This document shows positions 48,481 through 58,900 of a stretch of DNA of 64,000 nt, piece after piece. Where the stretch lies: the NCBI GenBank assembly GCA_013265495.1, contig MU058009.1, positions 3,615,780-3,679,779 of the forward strand, given 5' to 3'. The notes below the pieces were generated by a model, which saw nothing but the letters and a program-made list of their open reading frames with translations, was not told the origin of the DNA and made no database searches. The stretch's first letter is position 1. Each line of letters opens with the position of its first letter. The translations under genes were made by a program, and so were the position numbers. Source of the stretch: Vicugna vicugna (lineage: Eukaryota).

Positions 48481-48734
48481 AAACAAATTAAAAGTACAGT
48501 GAGTTATCACCACACTCCAGTCAGAATGGCCATCATTAAAAAGCCCACAAACAACAAATGCTGGAGAGGCTGTGGAGAACAGGGAGCCCTCCTACACTGC
48601 TGGTGGGAATGCAGTTTGGTGCAGCCACTATGGAGAACGGTATGGACATTCCTTTAAAAACCTTAAAATAGACTTACGCTGTGACCCATCCATCCCACTC
48701 AGGGCACATATCTGGAGGGAACTCTAATTCAAAA
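48481..48734 (+). mobile_element. Inverted LINE-1 ORF2 C-terminal segment (Cys-rich domain)
   Basis: Translates as [54 protein letters not shown], the L1 ORF2p CCHC region. Confidence 0.95.
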
Positions 48735-51649
48735 CCGAAGTTTAAGAAGTCTGGTCAATGTGATCAGTCGGGCTCTTCTGGCATTTTTAGAGACAGAAAT
48801 CGAATCCTGGCATTAGTTTTCAGTCTGTCTGGTTGTTGAAGTGCTTCCTGTCCCATGGAAGACTGCCTGGCCCAGGGGTGGTCTGGACTCTCCAGCTGTG
48901 TTTGACTGAAGGCTGAAGGTCAGGGCTCAAACAAGGACAGTGACTTGCCTCCTCCCCTTGACCTAGCGTCAGAAACACTTTCTGCGTTGCTGCCTTCCCT
49001 AACAGATTTTTAAAAAGCAGAGTGTGTTTTGTAAACTGATGCCAGGGAGCTCCCTGCTACCTGCAGTGACATACCTCTGGAAGGCTCTGTGCTCGCACAT
49101 CAGTGTCGTGCATTCTTGTCTAAGCCGTCCGTAAGCTCTCACAGGGAGCTGTTATTCTCCCATCTCATAAATGCGAAAACTGAGGTCGAGGGCCCTGGAG
49201 TGACTTATTCGTCCAGGTTGTTGGCTAACAACGTTCATAAAAAGCAGCGCAGCTCGGGGTGGACGTTTGAATTTTGATGAAAGGGAAGACGAAGGAAGGG
49301 AAGACATTGCAAGTGGAAACTGGGTTCGGAAGTAGAGGCGGGAATTCAGTAAAAACCACGAAGCTCTTGGGTCTCTTGTGCTGGGCGCTCCTGGCTGGCT
49401 TTCGCACACAAAGTCACTTTGAGCCCTTTGTGGAGGGCTTGGGGGGACCAGGAGAGGAGCAGGGCCGCGGCTCCGGGTGCCTCAGCCTCCGACGGCCGGT
49501 GGTCCCCCCCACTCACCGGGCCCTTTCCTTCGCAGGCGACAGAAGGGCAGTGGGGAGGCGAGCGTCCTCTGCCCGTGGCAGGGAGGGGCTGGGCGGAGGC
49601 CGGGCAAGACGGAGGCACCCACCTCCTGCAGACAGACTCGGCCTTTCCTCCACAGGCCTGCGAGGTCCTTCGAGCCACTGAATCATCCCAAGTCACGTGT
49701 AGTGAGTGTCGTTTTCGGTGCGAACATCTCACTGGCAGGACACAGCATCTCAGTAGCCACAGTGCCCTCATTTCCTTCCCGGAGGCGACAAAACCAAAGG
49801 TGACGCGTGGGAGGAGGGCTGAGCCCCGGGCACACTCTGCGGAAGTCTCTCGGGCTTAAATGCAGCTCAAGCCGATCCAGAGGAAGCAGTGATTACAGGC
49901 TAATTTTCTGCCCGCATTATGTGAAGTGTCCCTCCATCCACACAAATGGCAATTGCTTTGTGCCCGAAATCTTTTTACTGAGTTCCTCTTATTGGTAAAT
50001 TTTGTATTAAAAAAAGAGAGTAAGGGAAGATTTTCCAATTTAAAGGTGAGACTAGCAGCAAAGCAGCAAAAGACACAGGAGACGGTCTGGCACCGAGCCA
50101 GGAGTTGATTTTCCTTTTCAAATGCAAATCCTGGAGAAGGAGAAATGGTCTGTTCTGTCACTTTGCAGGAAAGGATCTGGAGGACCGAGGCCTTAGCGTC
50201 AGGAGGACACTGCTCTGCCTCCTGCAGGGCCCCGTGTCTGCTGGCGGAAACGCCCACAGCGGCATGAGCCTGGCCGCGGGGAGACTGATGCCCATGGTTC
50301 TTCCTGAGTCACTCCGAGTGGATGGGCTGCTGGGGAGGAGAGGGGACGCACGGGGCCCCCCTTTCCCTGCATCAATATTACCCCTTCCTCAGGGGCCGCC
50401 GAAGTCGACTCAGCCACGGCGCCGAGACCCTCTGGCTCTTCCAGTCTGTGTGTCCGTCCTCAAGGGGTTTGTATGACAGTCACTCATGACTCACCCATTC
50501 TGCCAACATTTTCTAAGCATCTTCTATGCTGCAGACAGTGGGCCACGCCCAGGGAATTAAGAAACACAGTGATGCAAGGAAGCTGACAGCGTGATGGTCA
50601 AACAGAGATGGAAGCGGGCATCACTGGAATCTGAGCGATCCTAATGGAAAATTTCACCACAGCCCTTCTTGCCGGGGGTAAATAACTTGCAACCTCGTAC
50701 TTGTAGACTGGGATTCGGGGGCGGGATTACCGACACCTGCTTCAGGGAGTTCGTGTAACTATGAAGCTATGACAGAGCCATCGCTGAATCCGTGCTCAGT
50801 GACTGAGCTGATCTCACCCTTCTTCTGAATTCTCGGTTGGTACCCAAAGCTTTTATCCCCATGGGTGCTTCTGACTTGCAACCTTCAGGGCATCAGCCCC
50901 CAGGCCAACATCAAGAGATACTTACCTGTGCCTGTTAAGATCCAAATCTATGATCCTCTTGACGCAAGGGGGCTGGAAGGAGGGAGAGAGACTGCGGCAC
51001 GTACAGAGGAGCCAGGAGAATTGGGGTTCCCAGGGGAGGGGACAAGGGCTAGAGAGGGCCCTTCTGTGCCAGGTACACGTTAGGCACGGTGTATAGATTA
51101 TTTTGCAGACCTGTGTGTGGGGTGGGAGTCCCTGCACCATCCAACCTCAGCAGCTCCAGGAGAATGTCTCCCATGAGCTCAGGAGGACAGAAGAGGGCTG
51201 CACCCTCCCCGGAGCCCCAGCAGATGGCTACCCCTTAGTCTCTGGCCACCGAGGCCTGTCCCTTCCTGAGGACATGCAGCAGGACCATTAATTCCCACAC
51301 GGAACAAAAGTTTGTGTTGGAGTTGAGAATAAGCTGTAAATCAGTCATTAATCAACTTCACACCTAGTGTCTCCTGCAGACAGAGTTTTGACACCAGGGA
51401 AGACTGGCTTACTCTCCAGTCACCCCAGTGAGAACCTGGGATGGAATTTAACACTGTCTCCAGGTGTCATGTACCAGTGCCAAGGTGTGTTTTTTCTTTT
51501 CTTGAACATGCTGACCCCAGGCTCCTGCAGTGCCCGTATGATTATGGAACCTTATAAATGACTAATGACCCCCAGTTTGAAAGCAGCCTCGGGGGCACAG
51601 TTGTGAGGGACAGAAGGAGGGTGTTCGTCTCTACTTCTAGGAGAGCCTA

Positions 51650-51815
51650 GGAGTGGATTGTAATCCACATTTTCCCAACGTTGAGTTGCGTGACCCTGGG
51701 TGAATTCCTTGACTTCTCTGGGTGTTTTATATCCTCTACAAAATGGGGACTGTCACATCTGACGGAGTTGTCATAAGTCTTAATTAAGATAACACATTTT
51801 CAATAGCGAGCAGGG
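51650..51815 (+). mobile_element. MIR SINE fragment
   Basis: gcgtgaccctgggtgaattccttgacttctctg...ctctacaaaatgggg...gagttgtcataagtcttaattaagataac. Confidence 0.7.
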
Positions 51816-51920
51816 CGGCCATGGTTAGCTGGAGGCTCAGGTAATATTCTCTGATGCAGGGTGCAGGATGGAGGACACGTGGCAAAGATGCAGTGTCTGG
51901 TGTGATGACGGTGGTGAGAA

Positions 51921-52016
51921 GGGCATCACTGTGATGTCCCTGTGGGCGTCACTGTGGGATGTCACTGTGATGTCACTGTGGGCGTCACTCTGGGCATCAC
52001 TGTGGGATGCACTGTC
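51921..52016 (+). repeat. Degenerate 11-13-bp minisatellite with GTCACTGTG core, about 8 units
   Basis: gggcatcactgtgatgtccctgtgggcgtcactgtgggatgtcactgtgatgtcactgtgggcgtcactctgggcatcactgtgggatgcactgtc. Confidence 0.85.
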
Positions 52017-52523
52017 AGGAAGGAAGTCAGGCAGGGGGCTCCGCTGCCTCCAGAGCTCGGCAGTGAGCTGGGGGCTAGGGCTGGCAGTGAAGGGAGGTGG
52101 CTGTGCTGACTCGCGCCCCAGCAGGGCCCCGAGGTCCCACTCCAGGCCGAAGAGCCATCTGTGACATGCAGGGTGACAGGCTGCACAAGGAGATGGACTG
52201 TACGTTAGGGTCACTCTGCTCTATCTCCTCCACCTCAGGTTCTCAGGGCCAACCTCCAGGTCACCCCCTTTGCCAACAGTGAGATGGGGTCCCCTCAGCT
52301 CCCTGATCTGCGGCCACCCAGCTGTGCCCCTGATGAACCCTCTGAAGTCTGGCAGAAATGGGTTTCCCAGGTTGCGTCTCACTGGACAGGAAATGATGAG
52401 GACTTACAGGAACTGGGCCCTTTCCCCAGCTCCATCGGGATTTGGAGGTAGTTTCCTAAGGCATCGGCTCCGTCAGGTTGACCATCCCCAGTGGCTTGTG
52501 GCTCGCTGTCACCCTCTTCTATT

Positions 52524-52623
52524 TTCACCGCCCAAGACACCCAACTTCCATCCACTGCAGCGTCAGGCTCAAGTCCAGTCTCGTGGTCTGTGATGGCTGG
52601 GGGTGTGCACGGGGCTCCTTGGG
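52524..52623 (+). repeat. Dispersed direct repeat, copy A (matches 54467-54564; 71-bp identical core at 52553-52623)
   Basis: cactgcagcgtcaggctcaagtccagtctcgtggtctgtgatggctgggggtgtgcacggggctccttggg occurs identically at 52553 and 54494. Confidence 0.95.
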
Positions 52624-53405
52624 CCCACATCCTTCTTCAGCATCTCCTCCTCCCTCGTCCTCTCGCTCAGCCTTGCTCAGGACTGCAGAGTCAGTGGTCC
52701 CTGTGCCTGCTCCCTGTCTCAGGAAGCTGACAACCAGCAGGGTGCCAGCCCCGGGTGGGCCGTAAATAATGTACAGTGCCTGGGAACAGCTGGAGAGGCG
52801 CTCTGATTACAACGAGGTCTTTCGATAGTAGAGTGTCCGTGTTTCTCTTCTTAATGCCACCAGATCTTCATTCTGAAAGGCGCCCACCTGCTCGTTCACC
52901 AGTAGGAACCCCCAGCAAAGGGCGATGTTTCTCTTGTGGTCTGGTCCCAGCTCCACCCCAAGGAAGGCCTATCTGACATCCTCTCCTGACACCTCTGCAT
53001 CCTTCCCTGGGCCCCCGACACCTGCCATCACAGTGCCTGGGCTAGATCAGTTCAAGCCTTATCTTTCATTATTTTTTAACTCTTGCTGTGGTTTTGATGT
53101 CTTGACGCTTGCTGAACTCGGGAAGAGATGAGGACTTCTACCTCAGTCCCTCACAAGCTCTGCAGTCAGGGCCCAGGGCTTGGTGAACACCGTGTCCCTG
53201 AACATAACCTGACAAGCAGGCTGTTCTCATTTCCAGTTTCAGCTGAGGGAGTTCTGACTCAGATAAGTTAGTTGATTAGTTCTAGGTCACCGAGCTAAGA
53301 AATTATAAACCCAGGATTGAGATCTAGGATCTGTGACTTCATCGTCCGTATTCATTCTGCTTCCCGCTGACTTGGATGCGGGATGTGGGCAGGTGCGCAG
53401 GGGAG

Positions 53406-53842
53406 TGTATCCGTCAGGGTAGCAGCCCAACACAGAACTCCAGCTGCATCAAAGACGTGGTCACGAGGAGGAGGTTTGCGGGGTTGGAAGGCAGGATGAA
53501 GGAAATCCGGCAGGATGCATGGCTCCCTGTGGATCACAATCAGGGGCAGAAGGGACCCTCTCTAGGCCTAGAGCGGAAAGAGCAGAGATGGTGTGGTTGG
53601 AGCCAGGGAAGAGGGCCTTCCCTCCAGGACCTGGGACTTGGAAGACTTGGTCACTGTCAGGACTCAGACTGAGGCGTAGGAGAAACAGGAAAAAAGGACC
53701 AGCTTCTTGGTGAGGCATTTGCGAAATGCGGCCGGAAGCAGCCAGCGAAGGAGAAACGGACGTGCTGGTAGAGTCAGCATCCCCTGACATGGAGCAGAGC
53801 AGAGAAGGCAGAGGATGGGGTGGACCATGGAGATCACCGGCA
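53406..53842 (-). mobile_element. Possible old ERVL solo LTR (LTR33-like)
   Basis: Starts tgtatccgtcagggt; purine-rich body ending atggagcagagcagagaaggcagaggatggggtgg. Weak, recalled similarity only. Confidence 0.35.
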
Positions 53843-53966
53843 TGTACGGTCGGCACAGGAAGCATCCTTATTTGGCTGCCGCGTGCGAGAGTCCCTGCCT
53901 TCCTCCCCTGACTCTGCGCCCAGGGGTGGGTTTCCATGAAGTTGATGAAGTTCAAACTTCGAGGTC

Positions 53967-55770
53967 TGTTTCCACTGTGTCTTGCTGCACAGCAGACTAC
54001 CTAGAGACTTGATGGCTTAAGACAAACGTGATTTGTTATTTCTTCTGCTTCGTGGGTTGGCAGGGGTTCTTCTGCTTCTCGTGGTGTCGTTGGCTGGAGT
54101 CCCTCAGCAGCTGCATTCAGCTGGGCGCTCAGCTGGGTCTGAAACACACGGGACGGCTCCCTCGCGTGTCCAGGGCTCTTGGTCCTGCTGCACGGAGCCT
54201 CTCTCCACGGGACCTCTCATCACCCAGTATTCCAGCCTGGACCTCCTTGCACAACAGCGGGCTTCTGGCAGAAGCAGGAGCCTCAGACTCCAAACTACGG
54301 GCCAAAGCAATGGCAGATTCAGGAAAGGGGGTACAGCCTGGACTTCAGCACGGGAAGAGCTGTGAGCATGGACAGGCTGGCAAGAGTGACCGGGCCCCTT
54401 CCAGACAGCCCCGCACCCTCCGCCTTCTCACTGCAGCAGCTCACAGCCATCTTACAGGGACATATGTTCACCGTCCCAAGACACCCAGCTTTTCACTGCA
54501 GCGTCAGGCTCAAGTCCAGTCTCGTGGTCTGTGATGGCTGGGGGTGTGCACGGGGCTCCTTGGGTCGGACACCTCTGGAGTTGAAGAACCGTGGCCTGAA
54601 AAATAGCAGGTCCTCCACATTCAGTGGAGAGTCAAGATACAATGATGATATGGGAACAGGATAACTTCCCTAAACACTCCCCTCAGAAAGGGGAGGAACG
54701 GGATGCATGGAGCTGTCACTGGTCCCCGGTGATTCTAAAATCCGAAGAGGTGTTGGTTACCCATCACCCTCCCTGGGGGCAAAGACGTTTCCTCGATGAG
54801 GGTCAAGTGCTGCCTCTGAGGGTTGCCAGGCCCACTGCTTCTGGCTCTGCCCCTGGACTCCGGCTTTGCCCTCTGACCCACCATTCCGTTTTCACATGAC
54901 GTTGTGCAGGCTTGCAGCTGAATCCCTGAAGCTGCGTGCTCCCCAGGAAGGCAGGAGCTTCAGTGACTTCTCCACTTGGAACTTCCCTGTTCCTTTTTCC
55001 AGTCTGGCAGTTCTCTCTTGAGGACAAAGCTCTTTAAATGTCGCGTGTCATCCACCGACCTTGCGGGGTGGATCCACGCCCCGCGCCCCAGCACACTTCC
55101 TGCTGGGCCGGACCTCTTTCCACCTTGGCAATGTGATGCTGTCGTGGGGCAGCGTGATTCTGGGCATCCTTCGGTCTCACTCCGAGTCCAGGGGGCGTGG
55201 CCTTAGATCCTCCAGAGGCCAGAGCAAAGGGTCCTCCAGCCACTGCCTTGATTTGGTCTTTTCTCTAAGGCCCTTACATTGAGAATCCCTGCCCCTCAGA
55301 GACACTGTCCTGAGGATCCGGTATTTCCTCCAAATTCTGCTAGAACACTGGTCAGCCCTTCTTTGCTCCGAATCTTTGGCACCTAAACATACACTGTGGT
55401 GGCCGCAGCATCTTGCCTGGAACTTTCTTAGCCACGTCTGTGGCTCTTACCTCCCAGCTCTTCAGGCCTCCACTAACGCTTGCCTCCTGGCCACATCATG
55501 GCAGAGCCATGGCCATGTGTCTATGGCAGCATCTCAGTTCTGGGTGCAATTTAGGTATTGGTTGCTGTCTTAGTCACTTATCACGGTGGAAACCCTTCCC
55601 AAATCTTAACGGCTTACGTGACAACTACTTTCTCGTGATCCTGAGATGAGTTCAAGGCTCAGGAAGGCTGACTCACCTGTGCTCCCCATGGGGATGGTTA
55701 GGGCCACCCAGGTGGGCTGTGCTCCTCCGGGACTGGAACATCTAAGGACTCACCCCGTCATGTCTTGGGA
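53967..55770 (-). mobile_element. MaLR (old MLT1) proviral remnant: LTR (~53967-54414), internal region (~54415-55553), partial second LTR (~55554-55770)
   Basis: Both ends start with the MLT1 reverse-strand pattern (ttgctgcacagcagactacctagagacttgatggcttaagacaaac; cccttcccaaatcttaacggcttacgtgacaac). The interior has MaLR-int motifs caagatacaatgatg...ggataac...aaacactcccctcagaaagggg and ends cagttctgggtgcaattt. Confidence 0.65.
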
Positions 55771-56254
55771 CAACCTGATACAGAACAATAGATCCCAGAA
55801 ACAGGGCCCTGGGGAAACATAGTCACCTCGTCAAATGTATTTTGTAAACTGTAGAAAAGTAAGAGAGTGTAGCTGCAATCAATCAGGTCTTCTGTTACCT
55901 TTAATCTGACATAATGCCTGTCATACTGACCCTGCATCAGGGGCCATTTGAATGGCCATCAGCACCTTGGGATCCAGCTAAGAGGGATTTGAGTTGGGGA
56001 CACATCTAGTTTGGGGTTAGCCAGGCGTATTTTACATACGTCCCTGTGCTGTCACTTCCATGCTCGTGAGATCCTTGCTCACTGTTCTGATGCAGAGATG
56101 ACTTCCAGAAGTGTTCCCACTGCCGGCCACGAGACACCCGGTGCTACCCAGATGTCACACTGCTATGTGAGTGTGTCCTCGGGGCCCAGCGTTGGTGGAA
56201 ATATGTGGGGAGGGGAGGAAAAACAAGATTTGAACAGTAGGAAGCCAGTCTGTG

Positions 56255-56900
56255 GGAAATCCTTCCAAATATCATAGCACACAATAAAAGAAATTTGATA
56301 GATGCTTTTCCAGATTTGGCCCAAATCCTAAGAACCCTCATGACATTAACAATCACTATTTGAGAAGCTGAAAGAAGCTGTTCTGAACTATCCTTTTAGA
56401 ACATCAGCCATGCTGGAGGACACATCGAATTTTTTTTTCTTCTTTTCCTTTAGAAAATATTATGAAAGTATTATCATGTGAAAAATTGATAAAAATATAT
56501 ATATAGCTAAGAATGTAGGAAGATATTACTGCAATGTATTGGAAGATAGTTAACCCCAGTATGTAATTTTTCTAGGGTTTCTGGCATTTGTGGATCTTTT
56601 TCAGCTTTTAAACATTTTCAACCTGCAATTTCACATTATAAATAAATGCATCAATCCTTATTTTTTAAATATGAAATTTCTTTTTAAAGTTTTTTTATTG
56701 AAGTATTGTTGCTGCACAGTATTATATTAGTTACAGGTGTACAACAGCATATAAGTTACAGGCGTACAATATAGGGATTCACAATTTTTGAAGGTTTTTC
56801 CATACTTACTTTATGTTTGTAATTTCATGTTCTTTTTTTTTTTTAAAGAGAACCTCCAAACAGTATAAGATTCAGTCCCCGCTGAACCTGGGCTGTGACA
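56255..56900 (+). mobile_element. hAT-Tip100 (Zaphod-like) DNA transposon 3' fragment with dimerisation-domain fossil
   Basis: From 56301 it translates as DAFPDLAQILRTLMTLTITI*EAERSCSELS, resembling the hATC motif FPNL..L.I..TLP.T...AERSFS.L; terminal ttttaaagagaacctccaaacagtataagattcagtccccgctgaacctgg. Confidence 0.75.
56690..56812 (-). mobile_element. Short L1 3' terminus inserted in the hAT element
   Basis: ttttttattgaagtattgttgctgcacagtattatattagttacaggtgtacaa...gattcacaatttttgaagg, with an internal agttacagg(t/c)gtacaa duplication. Confidence 0.8.
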
Positions 56901-58560
56901 GCACCTAGACCGGGGCAGGGAAAGGGTGTTCACAGTAACGTCCTGGAGCTGGTGCTGCCTGTCAGCATGGGGGAGCCGTGCTCGGTGGGACATGACTTAC
57001 TCAGGTTGTATTTCTGGGGAGACAGAGGATCGGAAGACCCAGAGCAAGATAAGACACGATGAGCTATGAGAAAGCAGAGAAGAAAGCCGTCTTACCTGGT
57101 GGCTGCGAGGCAGAGCGGGGACCAGTGCCTTGCGGCCATGAGGCCGTTTGAGACCTGAAGCTCCTCGCAGTCTGGGAACACAGGATGCGAACGCTGCTAG
57201 TAACAGCAGCAGCAGTGTAGCTCTGCCCGCTTACGTAGTTCTTGTTTCAGGCATTGCTTTGAGCACTTGGTGTGTATTAACTCATTAGACCCTTAACAAT
57301 CCAGTAAGTCCCCTTGTCCCCTCCATTTGCAACCTGGGAAAGTAGACACAGAGCAGGGCAGGACCCACCCAGGGCCCTCTGCTCGTTTGTGGTGGGCCTG
57401 GGGCTGCATCCTCAACTGCATCCTTAACCACTTGCATTGACAGAGCAACGCGCAGCCTATCGAGCAGTTTTTCAGAGAGCATCTCACTTGCAATCCTCAG
57501 AGCCCTGCAAAGTTGGCAGGACACTTCCTGCTGCTGTAATTTTATGGGTGATTAATTGAAATCTGAAATTGCCGAGTGACTTATTCATGATCACATAGCC
57601 GGTAAGCGGTGGTGTTGGGACTGAAAGCCGACTCTTGTATGCTTTTCATTAGATCACACTGTGGATTAATACGTTTCAGCCAGAGTGCTTTTCAGTTTCT
57701 ATAACATCTTTATGCATAATGCTAACGTAATAACTCCTACAACTTTATGAAAAGGTGTTATTATCCCTGTGTTACTATAGAGAAATGTGTGAGTCAGAGA
57801 CGGTGCATGGGCTGCACCTGAGCCCGGCATTTTACTCAGAATTCACAGGCAGCTCTCACTCCCTCACGAGTGGCAGTGTTCCCAGTCTGCTTGCCAAACC
57901 CCAAACACAGCTTGGCCCTTCGGATGCTTGGGGAACAGAAGACAGCCAACGCCCTAGGACTTGGAAGTGCCTGGGGGGCCCAGGAAACTTTAAGAGAATT
58001 GATATGTCTGGAGCATAGAGTGAACGGATATCAAACTGAAAAACAAGTAAGACTAGAGGGCGAGGTCTTTGAGTAGCATGATGTGAACACTATTTTGCAG
58101 GGAGTGAGCACTGGGTAGACACTGATCTATGCTAGGTGACCCCAGGTGAGTAAACTAAAGATATCAAAGCCTGCTTTTCAGAGGCAAACTGCAGTCTAGC
58201 CTGGGAGTAACAAATATATGTAAGGGAAGGAGGAAAAACAATCACAAAAAAGCAACAATTTAAAAGTATTTATGAAAGAATAAGCACTACTCTTAATAGA
58301 AACTTAGTATCTATTGTGCTAGCATCACAGAACTATAAATTAAACGGTAATATAATAACCATAATATTTGAGATGCCCCAGGGATCCATGGTGACAAACC
58401 CTGCTCACTAAATGTTTTCTGTTTAAAGTTGACCTAGAAGGTGACCCAGGTTGTAGCTTTGTCAGTGGCCATTGATAACAGGAAGAATTCTCTTCCCCCT
58501 ACAGTCTGTTAGATTACTTTTCCTCCTCAACAGTGATTAAACTCCTCAACGAGATTGTGT

Positions 58561-58690
58561 GGGTGATGATAGTGGTGTTGGTGATGGTGATGATCGTGGT
58601 GATGATGGTGGTGTTATTGGTGGTGATGGTGTTGATGATGGTGATGATAATAGTGGTGATGGTGATGGTGGTGGTGGTGATGATGGTGGT
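58561..58690 (+). repeat. Compound (GGT/GAT)n trinucleotide repeat
   Basis: Read directly; it abuts a minus-strand MIR. Confidence 0.95.
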
Positions 58691-58692
58691 AA

Positions 58693-58900
58693 CAGCTGCT
58701 GTTGTTCATTGCTTGCTGTGTGGTAGGTCACAGGCATTGCCCATGATTCAAAACTACTCCTCCAGTGAGGGACCTGTTCTCTGTTTTACAGATGAGGCAG
58801 TTAGACCCAGACACATTAAGTGACTTTCCCAAATGGTAAGTCAGAGCTAAACCCAGGTCAGTAAGAATATAAACCTCAGGACCTTTCTCCTATGCTGTAC
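58693..58900 (-). mobile_element. MIR SINE
   Basis: ctctgttttacagatgaggcagttagacccagacacattaagtgactttcccaa...gtaagtcagagctaaacccagg. Confidence 0.75.

Noticed and set aside
58533..58823. Hydrophobic V/M-rich ORF after an acceptor-like ttttcctcctcaacag, resembling a membrane protein
   Set aside because: Encoded by the (GGT/GAT)n repeat and an adjacent MIR; no exon partners.
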